Source of the DNA: Oscillospiraceae bacterium
Lineage (GTDB): Bacteria; Bacillota; Clostridia; Oscillospirales; Ruminococcaceae
DNA: 64,000 nt
NCBI GenBank assembly: GCA_051891935.1
Contig: JBJFFR010000183.1
Span: 8,665-72,664, forward strand
Direction: 5' to 3'
The translations under genes and the position numbers were made by a program. Shown here piece after piece: positions 63,522 to 64,000 of this stretch. Under the pieces are notes generated by a model that searched no databases, was not told the origin of the DNA, and saw only the letters and a list, made by a program, of their open reading frames with translations. How positions within the stretch are numbered: position 1 is the stretch's first letter; each line of letters opens with the position of its first letter.

Positions 63522-63612
63522 TATACTGTTCTCTGTTGCAAAATAGATGATTTGGCAATAGAGCCCGTTATAAAAGGTTGGTGCTTTTGCGGCATCGGAG
63601 AGGGAGAGGTTT

Positions 63613-64000
63613 ATGGCGTATAAGGTTTTTATTGACGGTCAGGAGGGTACGACCGGTCTTCGCATAGTTGAACGATTAAAGGACAGAAGCGATATCGAGC
63701 TTATCACAATAGATGAAGATCTGCGCAAGGTCACATCGGAGAGAAAGCGCCTTATTAATGAGTCGGACTATACTTTTTTATGTTTGCCCGACGCTGCGGC
63801 GATCGAGTCGGCGGAGCTTTGCGACAATCCGCACACGAAGATACTTGACGCATCGACTGCGCACAGAACCGCTCCCGGCTGGGATTACGGACTTCCCGAG
63901 CTTTCCGCCGAGCATCGTGCAAAGATAGCGGCTTCAAAGAGAGTTGCTGTTCCCGGCTGCTATGCAAGCGGATTCAATGCACTTTGCTACCCGATGGTCA
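63613..64000 (+). CDS. argC: N-acetyl-gamma-glutamyl-phosphate reductase, 5' part (runs off the window)
   Basis: MAYKVFIDGQEGTTGLRIVERL...VAVPGCYASG (catalytic Cys region). Open to the window end, so absent from the ORF track. RBS gggagagg. Confidence 0.85.
   Translation, partial: MAYKVFIDGQEGTTGLRIVERLKDRSDIELITIDEDLRKVTSERKRLINESDYTFLCLPDAAAIESAELCDNPHTKILDASTAHRTAPGWDYGLPELSAEHRAKIAASKRVAVPGCYASGFNALCYPMV

Overview
This is a 64-kb chromosomal segment that looks like a spore-forming Firmicute of class Clostridia. Gene content resembles Oscillospiraceae/Ruminococcaceae, but the taxon is inference only. I support about 57 protein genes and saw no rRNA, tRNA or CRISPR array. Housekeeping blocks: birA; mreB-mreC-mreD-PBP2-minD-mgsA; a T-box leader before hisS, then a RayT-like gene and an orphan gene, then aspS; ppk1; nfeD-SPFH; dpaA-dpaB; fabV; glgB; rlmB; pdp; nrdR; and argG, argH and argC, with two unrelated secreted-protein genes between argG and argH. 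Accessory blocks: an ATPase-less ABC operon that mixes MalFG-type permeases with a HlyD-like adaptor, a MacB-periplasmic-domain protein and an 850-aa lipoprotein binding protein; VTC-DUF4956-CotH; an operon of degenerate MNT, HEPN and a double zinc ribbon; a P-type-ATPase homologue with degenerate catalytic motifs; four tandem class B sortase paralogs; and a cluster of zinc-ribbon membrane proteins. The most unusual content is non-coding. (1) A 344-bp unit occurs twice in tandem. Each copy has a consensus promoter, a 28-aa hydrophobic ORF with a sequestered RBS, and a convergent consensus promoter for an antisense RNA, which makes it a candidate type I toxin-antitoxin pair. It lies in a 1.8-kb island bounded by 45-bp inverted repeats. 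(2) A family of elements has arms built from (TAATGCG)n heptads, which place TAA in all three frames facing inward. The arms flank a bidirectional terminator hairpin, and three genes take their stop codon from these arms. (3) A roughly 210-bp palindromic element with within-copy covariation sits 17-31 nt upstream of three start codons. (4) Two further repeat families carry terminal inverted repeats. All functional statements rest on motif recognition by eye; no searches were run.
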